Assembly (NCBI GenBank): GCA_046541355.1 | Contig: JBKHDM010000001.1 | Location: 1,014 to 65,013, forward strand | Length of the DNA stretch: 64,000 nt | Origin: Spirochaetaceae bacterium | Lineage (GTDB): Bacteria > Spirochaetota > Spirochaetia > DSM-27196 > Alkalispirochaetaceae | Direction of reading: 5' to 3' | Part shown: piece after piece, positions 34,084 through 43,654 of the stretch | Numbering within the stretch: the stretch's first letter is position 1 | How the letters are laid out: the number at the start of each line of letters is the position of its first letter | Made by a program: the position numbers and the translations under genes | The notes under the pieces: model-generated | The model's input: the letters and a program-made list of their open reading frames with translations, nothing else | Database searches by the model: none | What the model was told of the DNA's origin: nothing

Positions 34084-36638
34084 TCCTCCCCCTCACTCTC
34101 CCCGGAGGGCAGCGCCTTTGTCTCCTCCGGCTCAGGCAGCGCCTTCGGCTTCGGTTTGGGGTTCTTCTCCTGGAAGTAGATGCTCCCTTTACGCATACCC
34201 ACCACGATGTGGCTACCCTCACCAAAGCGCCCTTTGAGGATCTCCAGGGCGAGGGGATCTTCGATCTCCCTCTGGATCGTCCGCCTCAACGGCCGGGCGC
34301 CAAACTTCTGGTCGAAACCGGAGTCGATTATGTACTCCCGAGCCTTTCGGTTGACCTCGAGGGTGATCTCCTTCTCGGCAAGACGCATCTGAACCTCAGC
34401 GAGGAGGATGTCGAGAATGCTTGTCACCTGTTCCTTGGTGAGGCTGTGGAAGACGACGATCTCGTCAACCCGGTTGATAAACTCCGGCCTGAACATGCGC
34501 TTCAGCTCGTTCATCGCCGAGGAGCGGATCTCCGAGTACTCGAGCAGTCCCTCCTGGCTCCGGAAGCCGACCTGGCTCTCCCGGGAGATTTCCCGGGCCC
34601 CGGCGTTGGAGGTCATGATGAGGACGGTGTTGCGGAAGGAAACCTTGTGCCCCAGATTGTCCTGGAGCTCACCCTCTTCGAGCACCTGGAGAAGGATGTT
34701 GAAGACGTCGGGGTGTGCCTTCTCGATCTCGTCGAGGAGGACAACACTGTACGGCTTGCGCCGGATCTTCTCAGTGAGGACGCCGCCCTCATCGTAGCCG
34801 ATGTAACCGGGGGGCGCTCCGACGAGACGGGAGACGTTGTGCTTCTCCATGTAGTCGGACATGTCGATCCGGATCATGTGCTCGTCGTTGCCGAAGAGAA
34901 ACTCCGCGAGGCTTTTGGCGAGCAGGCTCTTTCCGACTCCCGTGGGCCCGAGAAAGATAAAGGAACCCATCGGCCGCTCCGGCGCGCTGAGGCCTGTTCT
35001 CGAGCGGCGAATGGCCGAAGAGATCGCCTTGATCGCGTCATCCTGACCGATAACGTTCTTGTGCAGCTCCTTCTCGATCCTCAGGAGCTTCTCGCTCTCG
35101 GTCTGGGCGATCCGGACGAGGGGGATACCGGTAATCTCGGAGAGAACGTAATGAATGTCGTCGGAGTCCACGACGTTGTGCTCGGTTCGCAGGGTAACTT
35201 TCCACTGATCCTTGAGCTCCTCGACCTTGTTCTTCAGCTGCCGCACCTCGTCCCGGACGGCAGCGGCGCGCTCGTAGTTCTGGGAGTTGACGAGGGTCAG
35301 CTTCTCCTGGTTGAGGTCGTCGATCTGCCGCTCGAGGTCGGCGATTTCCTGGGGGCGGACGCTGTTGCTGATCCGCTTGCGGGAACCCGCCTCGTCGATG
35401 AGGTCGATCGCCTTGTCCGGGAGAAACCGGTCGGTGATGTAGCGCCGGGAGAGAACCGAGGCGACCTCGATAGCTCCGGGGGTGTAGGAGACATTGTGAT
35501 GCTCCTCGTAGCGATCCTTTACCCCTTTGAGTATTTCGATCGTCTCCTCCACCGAGGGCTCATCAACGATAATGGTCTGGAAGCGCCGCTCGAGGGCCGC
35601 GTCCTTCTCAATGTACTTCTTGTACTCGTTAAGGGTGGTGGCGCCGATACACTGGATTTCCCCACGGCTCAGGGCCGGCTTGAGCATGTTTGACGCGTCA
35701 ATCGCGCCCTCCGCGCCCCCTGCGCCGATGATGGTGTGTAGCTCATCGATAAAGAGAATGATGTTTCCGGAGGTGGTGATCTCCTTCATGACCCGCTTGA
35801 GCCGCTCCTCGAACTCTCCACGGTACTTGGTGCCGGCGATGAGCCCCGCGAGGTCGAGGGTGAGAACCCGTCTGCCGAGAAGCACCTCCGGGGCGGTGCC
35901 GTCTATGATGTTCTGAGCGAGCCCCTCGACGATCGCAGTCTTTCCGACCCCCGGCTCACCGATGAGGACCGGATTGTTCTTGGTTCTCCGGGCGAGTATC
36001 TGAATCACGCGCTGGATCTCACGGTCCCGTCCGACCACCGGATCGAGCTTATCCTCCCGGGCAAACTCGGTGAGGTCCCGGGAAAACTCATCGAGCGTGG
36101 GGGTAGCCTTTTTGGCGGTGGTTGTGGTCGAGCCGCTGCGCCGCTTTCCCTGGGACTGTCGTCCGCCCTGCATGGAGCCTGCAGCGGCGGCTCCTCCGGT
36201 GCTTCCGGAGAGCTCGCTGACTATCTCCCGGAGCATTTCGACGGTGATACTGAACTTGTTGAGAAACTTACCCGTCTCGCCCCCGGGCTCCCGGCTGCAG
36301 GCGAGAAGCAGATGCTCGGTACCGATGTACTCATGTCCGAGGTTCCGCGCCTCCTCCGCCGAGTCCTCGAGAACCTTTTTACCCCTCGGTGAGGGAGGCA
36401 CGTCCCCGAGAATAAATCCTCCCCGCTTCCGGGGAATGGAGTTTTCCAGCTCGATCTGCATCTTTGCAGGATCGATCATCGCCTTTTCGAGCGCCTTGTA
36501 TCCAAGTCCGCCGCCCTCTTTGAGCAGGGCGAGCATAATATGTTCGGGCAAGAGTTGGTCAGAATGAAACCGCTTCGCCTCATCCTGGGCGAGTATCGTA
36601 AGTACCCGCTGGGCCCGCTGTGTCAGCCCCTTAAACAT
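34080..36638 (-). CDS. clpC: ATP-dependent Clp protease ATP-binding subunit ClpC
   Basis: 852 aa. Two Clp_N repeats and two AAA+ modules (GEPGVGKTA and GPTGVGKS) with a linker between them. Confidence 0.9.
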   Translation of the reverse strand: MFKGLTQRAQRVLTILAQDEAKRFHSDQLLPEHIMLALLKEGGGLGYKALEKAMIDPAKMQIELENSIPRKRGGFILGDVPPSPRGKKVLEDSAEEARNLGHEYIGTEHLLLACSREPGGETGKFLNKFSITVEMLREIVSELSGSTGGAAAAGSMQGGRQSQGKRRSGSTTTTAKKATPTLDEFSRDLTEFAREDKLDPVVGRDREIQRVIQILARRTKNNPVLIGEPGVGKTAIVEGLAQNIIDGTAPEVLLGRRVLTLDLAGLIAGTKYRGEFEERLKRVMKEITTSGNIILFIDELHTIIGAGGAEGAIDASNMLKPALSRGEIQCIGATTLNEYKKYIEKDAALERRFQTIIVDEPSVEETIEILKGVKDRYEEHHNVSYTPGAIEVASVLSRRYITDRFLPDKAIDLIDEAGSRKRISNSVRPQEIADLERQIDDLNQEKLTLVNSQNYERAAAVRDEVRQLKNKVEELKDQWKVTLRTEHNVVDSDDIHYVLSEITGIPLVRIAQTESEKLLRIEKELHKNVIGQDDAIKAISSAIRRSRTGLSAPERPMGSFIFLGPTGVGKSLLAKSLAEFLFGNDEHMIRIDMSDYMEKHNVSRLVGAPPGYIGYDEGGVLTEKIRRKPYSVVLLDEIEKAHPDVFNILLQVLEEGELQDNLGHKVSFRNTVLIMTSNAGAREISRESQVGFRSQEGLLEYSEIRSSAMNELKRMFRPEFINRVDEIVVFHSLTKEQVTSILDILLAEVQMRLAEKEITLEVNRKAREYIIDSGFDQKFGARPLRRTIQREIEDPLALEILKGRFGEGSHIVVGMRKGSIYFQEKNPKPKPKALPEPEETKALPSGESEGED

Positions 36639-37711
36639 CAGTCATTTCCTCCCAGCCGCTCGCCTAACCAGGTTCGAGCGACTGATGCGCGCCACTTCGG
36701 CACCGCATCGGTTTGTTGTGTATGTTCGGCGTGCACACGGTGCGCCTGCCGCAGATGGCCCTCCTGCAGTAGAACAAAGAGGGCAGTAATATCCGGCAGG
36801 CGCACTCCTTCGATCAACCCGACAGCGACTCCGACTCGCGCCGTGGAAATCAGCTCGTACGCCTCCTCCGCCCCGAGGGAGCGGGAGTGTCTGAGAAGCC
36901 CGAGGGCCCGGTGGGCGGCATCCTCAACCTCATCCGTGTGGGCGGCGAGGAGTTCTGCTCGCGCCTCCCGTTCATAATGTAGTAACAGTTGGCAGCTCTC
37001 TTCAAGAAGTTGGAGGGTCTCCTCGTCGGAGCGTCCGAAGCCGGTGCGGTTTGACACGATGTAGAGGCTCCCGGGCGACCCACTACCGGAGCCGGGAAAC
37101 GCCTCGAGCTTTACCAGCTTGCGGTCGAGTTCTGAGGTCGCCTCGGAGAGGGAGGCGTTATTCTCGAGAATCGGGAGATGGAGGAGAAAGGAGAGGCGCA
37201 GACCGCTTCCGGCGTTGTCGATATTTGAGGTGAGGTAGCCGAGGCGGAGGCTTACCGCGTAGTCGAGATAGCCTTCGAGATGGGTATCTACCGAGTCCAC
37301 CACGCTGTAGGCGCCGAGGGCCGAGAGTCCGGGGATGAGAGAAACGAGGCGGAGGTGGTCCTTGTCCCAGACCTGCACCGCCGCCGCCTCGTCGTCCCGG
37401 ACAAAGGCGACCGGCTCGAGAACCACACCTTCCCTGGGGGGAGGCAGGAGGTTGCGCTCGCGGTAGCAGCGCCGCTCGAGCTCGTCCGCCTGGCCAGGGT
37501 CGACGGTGAGATAGAGGCGGTCCGCCTCGTAGAGGGCCGCCTCGACAGCCTTGACTACGGCGATCTGCTCCTCTCGTCCCCCGGCGGGAGGAAAGGCGAG
37601 GCCCGAGAGGTTACGGGATAGTCTGCAGCGTGAGGATATGACAACGTCCTGGTCCGGACCTTCCCGGGTGAACCAGCTCTCCTTTGAGAGTGATGGTGTG
37701 TGGCTGAGCAC
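36638..37711 (-). CDS. mcsB: Protein arginine kinase McsB (ATP:guanido phosphotransferase)
   Basis: 357 aa. DHLRLVS and GYLTSNIDNAGSGLRLSFLLHLP resemble the guanidino-kinase catalytic core. A 1-nt stop/start overlap joins it to clpC. Confidence 0.8.
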   Translation of the reverse strand: MLSHTPSLSKESWFTREGPDQDVVISSRCRLSRNLSGLAFPPAGGREEQIAVVKAVEAALYEADRLYLTVDPGQADELERRCYRERNLLPPPREGVVLEPVAFVRDDEAAAVQVWDKDHLRLVSLIPGLSALGAYSVVDSVDTHLEGYLDYAVSLRLGYLTSNIDNAGSGLRLSFLLHLPILENNASLSEATSELDRKLVKLEAFPGSGSGSPGSLYIVSNRTGFGRSDEETLQLLEESCQLLLHYEREARAELLAAHTDEVEDAAHRALGLLRHSRSLGAEEAYELISTARVGVAVGLIEGVRLPDITALFVLLQEGHLRQAHRVHAEHTQQTDAVPKWRASVARTWLGERLGGND

Positions 37712-37714
37712 CCG

Positions 37715-38227
37715 CTACTCCTCGGCGAGCTTACTCAGTTGATCCCGAAGCTCCGCGGCGGACTCGTAGTCCTCCTCTTCCACCGCGACCTCGAGGTGTC
37801 TCAGGATTCGCTCGCGCTCGATAAAAAGGGCGCGGTAGCGGCGCAGCCGGGGCGGAACCTTGCCTGAGTGGGTGTAGTTGCTCGCCCGGATCTCCAGGAG
37901 GGTCTCGATGGTGTCACCGAACACCGCGTAGCACTCCTCACAGCCGACTGCGCGGTTCATCACCAGCTCCTGGTGCCTGGTGCCGCATCGTGGACAGACC
38001 TGGTCGGTCTCCCCTCCGGCGAGGGAGCGGACAAAGATATCCCCGAGGAGGTAGGGAACCGAGGTTGCCCCTGAGCGATGAATGTCTATGCCGAGGTGCC
38101 GGGCCCGTTGTTCGGAGATAAAGTGCTCACGCTTCGTACCGCCAAAGTACTGTACGATCCGTACGCGCCGGTCTGCGTCGCCCTCTTTCATACATTCAGA
38201 CTCTACCACAAAGCGAGGTTCCCTCAC
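37715..38227 (-). CDS. mcsA: McsA-like UVR-motif / zinc-finger activator protein
   Basis: 170 aa. CPRCG...CEECY zinc ribbon and a C-terminal UVR motif (EDYESAAELRDQLSKL). The start is uncertain; an alternative ATG lies 12 codons in. Confidence 0.7.
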   Translation of the reverse strand: MREPRFVVESECMKEGDADRRVRIVQYFGGTKREHFISEQRARHLGIDIHRSGATSVPYLLGDIFVRSLAGGETDQVCPRCGTRHQELVMNRAVGCEECYAVFGDTIETLLEIRASNYTHSGKVPPRLRRYRALFIERERILRHLEVAVEEEDYESAAELRDQLSKLAEE

Positions 38228-38284
38228 AATGAGGCAGCTGCCGGACTCCCGGGAGAGCGGGCGCGGTCGATGTCGTTTACGGTT

Positions 38285-39646
38285 CTACTTCCGGCGCAGC
38301 ATCTCGAGAGGGTAGACCTGCACGCCCCTGCGGGCGGGTATGAGGGCGGCAAAGAGGGAAAGGGCCATAGCGAGGGCCGCGAGGAGGGAGAGTTCGAGGG
38401 GATCGAGGGAGATCGGTACCCGCTCGAGGTAGAACTCCCGGCTGAAAATGAGGATCCGCGTCGCCTCCTCCCGGGCTGTAAAAAGCCCACGAAGGAAACG
38501 CACAAACCCGTTTACAACCCCCTCGAGTATGACCAGAAGCTCGTTTACGTTTATCGCAAGGAGTACCCCGAGAAGAAGACCGATCCCGACCCCCGCAACA
38601 CCGATCACGGCTCCCGCGGTCAGAAAAATGTGCTGAATCAGTCGCGGGTCAGCACCGATGGTCCTCATAAAGGCGATCTCCTGCTCCTTTTCAACCACAA
38701 GCAGTACCAGGGTCGAGGAGACGTTGACCGAGGCAACCACAACAATAAGAAGCATTATAAAGAGAAGCAGATTACGGGTGGTCTGAAAGGAGACGTACCT
38801 CGAGCGCTCGAGGCCGTACCAGCTGTACAGCCGCCACTGTTCTCCGAGGGTATCCCGAACGCCACCGAGGGTTGCCTGCGCCGAGCTCTCGTCCCGGCGG
38901 TCCTCCAGAGAGGGCAAGGGCGAACCGAAGAGCGCCGGCTGCAGGGCGTAGGGCTCTTGGATCTTCACGCCGATAAAGGTGTCGGAGTTCTCCGCCGGCA
39001 GGAGCTGAAGACCGCGCTGGAGCGGAATGAATGCCCAGAGCCGGTCGAGCTCCTGGTAGCCGGTCGAGACCACCCCGGTCACCCGAAATCGGGATACCCT
39101 CGGGAGAAAGGACCTCCCCTCGAGGGAGCGCACGGTCAGCAGACGGATCTCGTCTCCCACCCCGGCGTCGAGCTCCTGCGCGAGAAAGCGCCCGAGCACG
39201 ATACTATTGTCGGAGTCCAGATCGAAGGCGCCGGCCTCGACGGAGAGATACTCACGAAAGCCGCGATCCCGATCCCGGAGGTCCGGAGGAACCGAGCGGA
39301 CCTGCACCCCGCTCTTACCCGTGTCCGAGGAGAGAAGCCCGACACCCCGGTGCTCGATCCCGGCGTGCTCCACGCCGTCGACGGCGGTGAGCTCGGAGAC
39401 GAGGCGGTCCAACGCCTCCGGCTCGAGGGAGTCCCCGGGGTACGCCTGGAGGTGGTAGGTACCGGTCTCGATATACCGGGCGGTGATCCCGCGGATCATG
39501 CCGTCCGCAAGCTCCATCACCAGGACCAGAGGCACCATGGCAAGGGCGATCCCGGCGACGGCGGAGATTGTTCTCCTCCGGTTGCCCCCGGCACGGCGGA
39601 AGAGGTAGCGAACCGCTATCGCCCAAGGGAGTGCCGCCCCCCTCAT
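38285..39646 (-). CDS. LolC/E-family ABC transporter permease (FtsX/MacB type)
   Basis: 453 aa. N-terminal TM, a large periplasmic domain, and a C-terminal FtsX 3-TM bundle. It has a 4-nt overlap with lolD. Confidence 0.8.
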   Translation of the reverse strand: MRGAALPWAIAVRYLFRRAGGNRRRTISAVAGIALAMVPLVLVMELADGMIRGITARYIETGTYHLQAYPGDSLEPEALDRLVSELTAVDGVEHAGIEHRGVGLLSSDTGKSGVQVRSVPPDLRDRDRGFREYLSVEAGAFDLDSDNSIVLGRFLAQELDAGVGDEIRLLTVRSLEGRSFLPRVSRFRVTGVVSTGYQELDRLWAFIPLQRGLQLLPAENSDTFIGVKIQEPYALQPALFGSPLPSLEDRRDESSAQATLGGVRDTLGEQWRLYSWYGLERSRYVSFQTTRNLLLFIMLLIVVVASVNVSSTLVLLVVEKEQEIAFMRTIGADPRLIQHIFLTAGAVIGVAGVGIGLLLGVLLAINVNELLVILEGVVNGFVRFLRGLFTAREEATRILIFSREFYLERVPISLDPLELSLLAALAMALSLFAALIPARRGVQVYPLEMLRRK

Positions 39647-40323
39647 AGCGGGGTGAGCCTCCCGTGCTCCAAAAGCAGTCGCCGGGGGCAGCGGGCGGCG
39701 AGTCGGGCGTCATGGGTAACCAGGAGCAGGGTCGTACCGGTCTCCTCGACCAGACGAAAGAGGAGGTCCGCCACGTAGGCTGAGTTTCCCTCATCGAGGT
39801 TACCCGTCGGCTCGTCCGCGAGGAGGAGAGCGGGACGGTTGATGAGACTCCGAACCACCGCAACCCGCTGCCGCTCTCCCCCGGAGAGCTGGGAGGGCAC
39901 GTGGGTGAGGCGATTGGAGAGACCCACAACCCCGAGCAGTTCCTTTGCCCGCGCCTCGAGCTCCTTTCGGCTCCCGCCGATCATCAATCCCGGGAGAAGA
40001 ACGTTCTCGAGGGCGGTAAAGTCCTTCAAGAGGTGGTGAAACTGAAAGACAAAGCCGACCCGCCTCGCCCTCAGTCGGCTGAGCTCCTCCTCGCTGAGGG
40101 AAGAGAGCTCCTTGCCGGCAACCATCACGCTTCCTGAGGTGGGGCGGTCGAGGCCGGCTATGATCGTCAGAAGCGTGCTCTTGCCGCTTCCGCTCTCCCC
40201 TGTCACGCCGACAGCCTCCCCCGCCTCAATGGTGAGGTCCACCTCCCGGAGGATTCTCAGCTCCTCGGCGCCACTCAGAAATCTCTTTTCCACGCCCCTC
40301 AGGGCTACCGCGGGTTCATCCAC
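39643..40323 (-). CDS. lolD: Lipoprotein-releasing system ATP-binding protein LolD-like
   Basis: 226 aa. Walker [10 protein letters not shown], signature LSGGERQR, and Walker [13 protein letters not shown]. Confidence 0.85.
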   Translation of the reverse strand: MDEPAVALRGVEKRFLSGAEELRILREVDLTIEAGEAVGVTGESGSGKSTLLTIIAGLDRPTSGSVMVAGKELSSLSEEELSRLRARRVGFVFQFHHLLKDFTALENVLLPGLMIGGSRKELEARAKELLGVVGLSNRLTHVPSQLSGGERQRVAVVRSLINRPALLLADEPTGNLDEGNSAYVADLLFRLVEETGTTLLLVTHDARLAARCPRRLLLEHGRLTPL

Positions 40324-40484
40324 CCCAACTCTCCTCCACGCTGCGGATGCCCGCAGCGCAATCTCCCGGCACCTCAGGCAGGTGAGAGCAGAATCGACAA
40401 GAAAAGGAGAAAATTCGACTCTGCCCCGGATAATGTGAGCCAGGATAACGGGTTATCCGTACTCTAACACCACGGTGGTGAACA

Positions 40485-41819
40485 CTACCCACGCGCTTCC
40501 TCCCTGAGAAGCGAGGCCGGCGAAACAGCGCTAACCCGCCGACTCGCCCCGTAACCCGCGAGGGTCGCCGAGAAAACCGCAAAGAGATAGATCATAACCG
40601 CCTCGAGAAAGCGGATCTCCACGGGCACTTCAGCGAGGTAAAAGTCCCTCGCCGAGAAGATCTCCACCCCCTGCCCCGCCCTCGCCCCGCGACTGACCCA
40701 GCTCAACAGGGAGATCGCGCCGTTTATGAGCAGTTCCGCAGCCTCGAAAACGGCGTTGATGTTGACCGAGAGAAACAGGCCGAGGAGCAGACCGGAGCTC
40801 GCACCGATAAAACCGATGGTCACACCCTGTCCGAGAAAGACCGAGGTCACCTCCCGGGGGGTGGCCCCCAACGCGCGAAGGAGGGCGATCTCCTCCTGCC
40901 GCTCGGCGACACTCCGATTGAGGGTATGGAAAATATTGACCGCCACCACCAGGAAGATAAGCCCCACCAGCAGGAGCATCATTGATTTTTCCACCCGCAG
41001 GGCGCCGAAGATGCCGCGGTTAAACTCCCGCCAGGAGACGATCCGGGGGTCTGTTACCTCTGAGCCGCGGAGCGCCTCCTCTAAGGCTGCGGCGGCCCGA
41101 GCCTCCTGAAAGCGGTTTTCCAGCTTGACTCCGATGGTTGAGACCGGAGCGTCGAACAGCTGAGAGGCGGTCTCGAGGGATATGAAGGCCCAGCTCCGGT
41201 CAAAGTCGAGATAGCCGGTACGAAACACCCCGGCTACCACCATCTGCGTCTCGTCCGGGCGAGCTGCCCCGGCGGCGCTGTCCGGCAGATGAACCAGGGA
41301 GATCGCGTCCCCCACCCCGGCGCCGACACTCCGGGCGAGCTCGGCTCCGATTACCACCGACCGCTCCCGACTCAGGTCAAAGCGCCCCTCGACAATCTCG
41401 ATCCGCTCGGCGATCCTCCGGTCGAGGGCAAACAGATCCTGCGGTACTCCCCTGAGAAGAACGGTGTCGGGCTGCTGAAAAAAGCCGCGGGCGAGGGCCT
41501 GGACATCCACGAACGGTACCACCGCCCTCACCTCAGGAGCGTCCCGGAGGGAGTCGAGACGACTATCAGAAAGCGCGGAAAGCTCCTCGGACTCCAGCCT
41601 CAGGTGGTAGGAGCTCACCTCAAGAATGCTCTGAATGGTGGAGTTCTGAAACCCGTTCATCACCGAGAGAACCGTTATGAGGGTCATCACCCCCGCGGCG
41701 ATGCCGATAATGCTGAGGCGCACCGAGGCGTGGCCCCTCAGGTTTCCGGCGGTCTGCATGTAGCGACCTCCGAGAAAGCGGGTCCAGGAGGCCCGGGGCG
41801 CCCTAAAAACGGCGAACAT
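40485..41819 (-). CDS. LolC/E-family ABC transporter permease (second paralogue)
   Basis: I chose the internal ATG at 41819 in ORF 40485..41942 (MFAVFRAPRASW...). It has the same architecture as 38285..39646. Confidence 0.8.
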   Translation of the reverse strand: MFAVFRAPRASWTRFLGGRYMQTAGNLRGHASVRLSIIGIAAGVMTLITVLSVMNGFQNSTIQSILEVSSYHLRLESEELSALSDSRLDSLRDAPEVRAVVPFVDVQALARGFFQQPDTVLLRGVPQDLFALDRRIAERIEIVEGRFDLSRERSVVIGAELARSVGAGVGDAISLVHLPDSAAGAARPDETQMVVAGVFRTGYLDFDRSWAFISLETASQLFDAPVSTIGVKLENRFQEARAAAALEEALRGSEVTDPRIVSWREFNRGIFGALRVEKSMMLLLVGLIFLVVAVNIFHTLNRSVAERQEEIALLRALGATPREVTSVFLGQGVTIGFIGASSGLLLGLFLSVNINAVFEAAELLINGAISLLSWVSRGARAGQGVEIFSARDFYLAEVPVEIRFLEAVMIYLFAVFSATLAGYGASRRVSAVSPASLLREEARG

Positions 41820-42762
41820 CGATAACCTCCCCCTCCCGCAGAAGCTCCTCCCGGACCCGCTCATCCCCGCGGTAGTACACCCGAAGGAACGCCTCCCCCC
41901 GGCGGTAGCGGGTCTCCACCCGCTCATCCTCGCCGTATTCAACGGACCGATGGACTACCCCCTCTCGAAGCTCCCGCTCGGATACCAGCGTCCCCTCCTC
42001 GTCGTACTCGTAGCGGATCTCCCGCGCCTGCCGTCCGGTAACCCGGATCCCGAGGAGCTCTCCCTCCTCGCCATAGCTCCGGTAGGTGGTCGAGACAAGC
42101 CGTCCCGCCTCCCACGCCTCCTCCTCGGCGGGATCTCCCGACTCGTCGTACCGGGTCACAACCCGTCGACGCTCCCGGGGATACTCCCTCACCCGCATGG
42201 CGAGCCTCTCCTCCTCCCAGGTATTGGTGAGCCGCTCGATGAGCTCCCCGGACCTGTAGCTCGAGGCGGTCGCAAGCCTCCCAGCCTCGTCGTACCGGTA
42301 GACCGTTCGGCTCTCATCCTCCGCCCTGAAGAGGGTCTCCCCGCTGGTACCCGAGCCCTCCGGGGCTAGGCCGGTTGAGAAGCGGCTCCTGCCGTCGAGG
42401 CCGTCCACCTCGATCCCCCGGAGCCGGCCGGTTCGGTCGTAGCGGTACTGCCACCTCTCGATACGTTCCCCGGCGGCGTCGAGAATCTGCACCTCCCGAG
42501 GCACGCCCCGGGGCGAGAGAATCTCGATCCTCCGCCGATAGAGCTCGCCATCCCGGTAAAGTACCCCCTCCCTGCGGCCGGCGGATACCGAAAGCTCGAG
42601 CACCCACGGGTAGCGCTCCCGTTGCTCCGGTGAGATCTCCTCGATCGGAAGAAACTGATCGTTGGAGCGATAGAGCCCCTCCTCCTCAGCCCTCACCATC
42701 CCGGTCGGCGAAAGCAACAGGAGGAGAAGGGTGAAGGTGAGGCGTCTGCCGAGGGGTGTCAT
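41803..42762 (-). CDS. Secreted YD/RHS-repeat mini-protein
   Basis: 319 aa. Signal peptide, then at least four YD-type repeats: WQYRYDRTGRL, VYRYDEAGRL, VTRYDESGD and IRYEYDEEGTL. Confidence 0.65.
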   Translation of the reverse strand: MTPLGRRLTFTLLLLLLSPTGMVRAEEEGLYRSNDQFLPIEEISPEQRERYPWVLELSVSAGRREGVLYRDGELYRRRIEILSPRGVPREVQILDAAGERIERWQYRYDRTGRLRGIEVDGLDGRSRFSTGLAPEGSGTSGETLFRAEDESRTVYRYDEAGRLATASSYRSGELIERLTNTWEEERLAMRVREYPRERRRVVTRYDESGDPAEEEAWEAGRLVSTTYRSYGEEGELLGIRVTGRQAREIRYEYDEEGTLVSERELREGVVHRSVEYGEDERVETRYRRGEAFLRVYYRGDERVREELLREGEVIDVRRF

Positions 42763-42764
42763 TG

Positions 42765-43643
42765 TCAGTCGAAGCTTGTCAGCTCTTGGAGGTAGCGATC
42801 GGGGTCAAAGGGGCGAAGATCGGTGTACCCCTCTCCGTCGCCGAGAAAGGCGCAAGGAATGCCGAGTTCCCGGGCTATCGGGATGAGCACCCCACCCCGG
42901 GCGCTCGAGTCGTACTTAGCCATCACAAGGGCGTCGACTCCGACGGCCTCGTGAAACAGCTGCGCCTGGCGCAGAGCGTTCTGGCCGGTGGTCGCGTCGA
43001 CAACCAGAAAGGAGCGATAACTCGCCGTCGGAGCCTTCCGTTTAACGATCTTGTCGATTTTGGCGAGCTCCTGTACCAGATTCGCCTTGTTGTGCATTCT
43101 TCCGGCGGTATCGATGAGTACGAGACGGTCCTGTCGGGAGGTGGCGCTGTCGAGAGCGTCAAAGACCACGGCCGCGGCGTCGGAACCGGTGCCCTGCCGG
43201 ACGACGCGGAAACCGAGACGCTCACCGTGGGTGACAAGCTGCTCTACCGCGGCGGCTCGAAAGGTGTCTGCCGCGGCGAGAACGATCCTCTCGGTCCCCT
43301 CGGTTCGACGGAAGTGCTCGGCGAGCTTCGCGATGGTGGTTGTCTTTCCCACCCCGTTGACCCCGAGGACGAGAATGATATTGAGGGCGTCCGCATCGAG
43401 GGTAAGCTCCCCCCCCTTCAGATAGCCTCCGAGGAGCTCCCGGAGCGCGGCGACGATCTGGTCCCTGCCCTTTAGTTTCTTTGCACGATCCTTCAGCGCC
43501 TCTACCGTCTCAAAGGTTACGGTGCTTCCAATATCAGCCTCGATAAGCAGATCCTCGAGCTCCTCGTAGAACGCCTGATCCTCGGGAGAGCTGCGGTTGA
43601 ACAGGTTTTTCAGCCGCTCTCCGAGTCCCTTTTTGACTGCCAT
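42765..43643 (-). CDS. ftsY: Signal recognition particle receptor FtsY (NG domain only)
   Basis: 292 aa. GVNGVGKTTT, DTAGR and the SRP-GTPase motifs. Confidence 0.9.
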   Translation of the reverse strand: MAVKKGLGERLKNLFNRSSPEDQAFYEELEDLLIEADIGSTVTFETVEALKDRAKKLKGRDQIVAALRELLGGYLKGGELTLDADALNIILVLGVNGVGKTTTIAKLAEHFRRTEGTERIVLAAADTFRAAAVEQLVTHGERLGFRVVRQGTGSDAAAVVFDALDSATSRQDRLVLIDTAGRMHNKANLVQELAKIDKIVKRKAPTASYRSFLVVDATTGQNALRQAQLFHEAVGVDALVMAKYDSSARGGVLIPIARELGIPCAFLGDGEGYTDLRPFDPDRYLQELTSFD

Positions 43644-43654
43644 AACACTCCTCG

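Noticed and set aside
34209-35693. 494-aa plus-strand ORF
   Set aside because: It is antisense to clpC, whose AAA+ motifs are unambiguous.
38078-39778. 566-aa plus-strand ORF
   Set aside because: It is antisense to the lolC/E permease and the lolD 3' end. The composition (Gly/Arg/Pro/Glu-rich) has no domain features. It is a GC-rich shadow ORF.
40427-40458. TTATCC cluster as a replication origin
   Set aside because: There are only three core-only matches, no AT-rich unwinding element, no dnaA/dnaN nearby, and gene orientation does not switch here. I kept it only as a possible operator.
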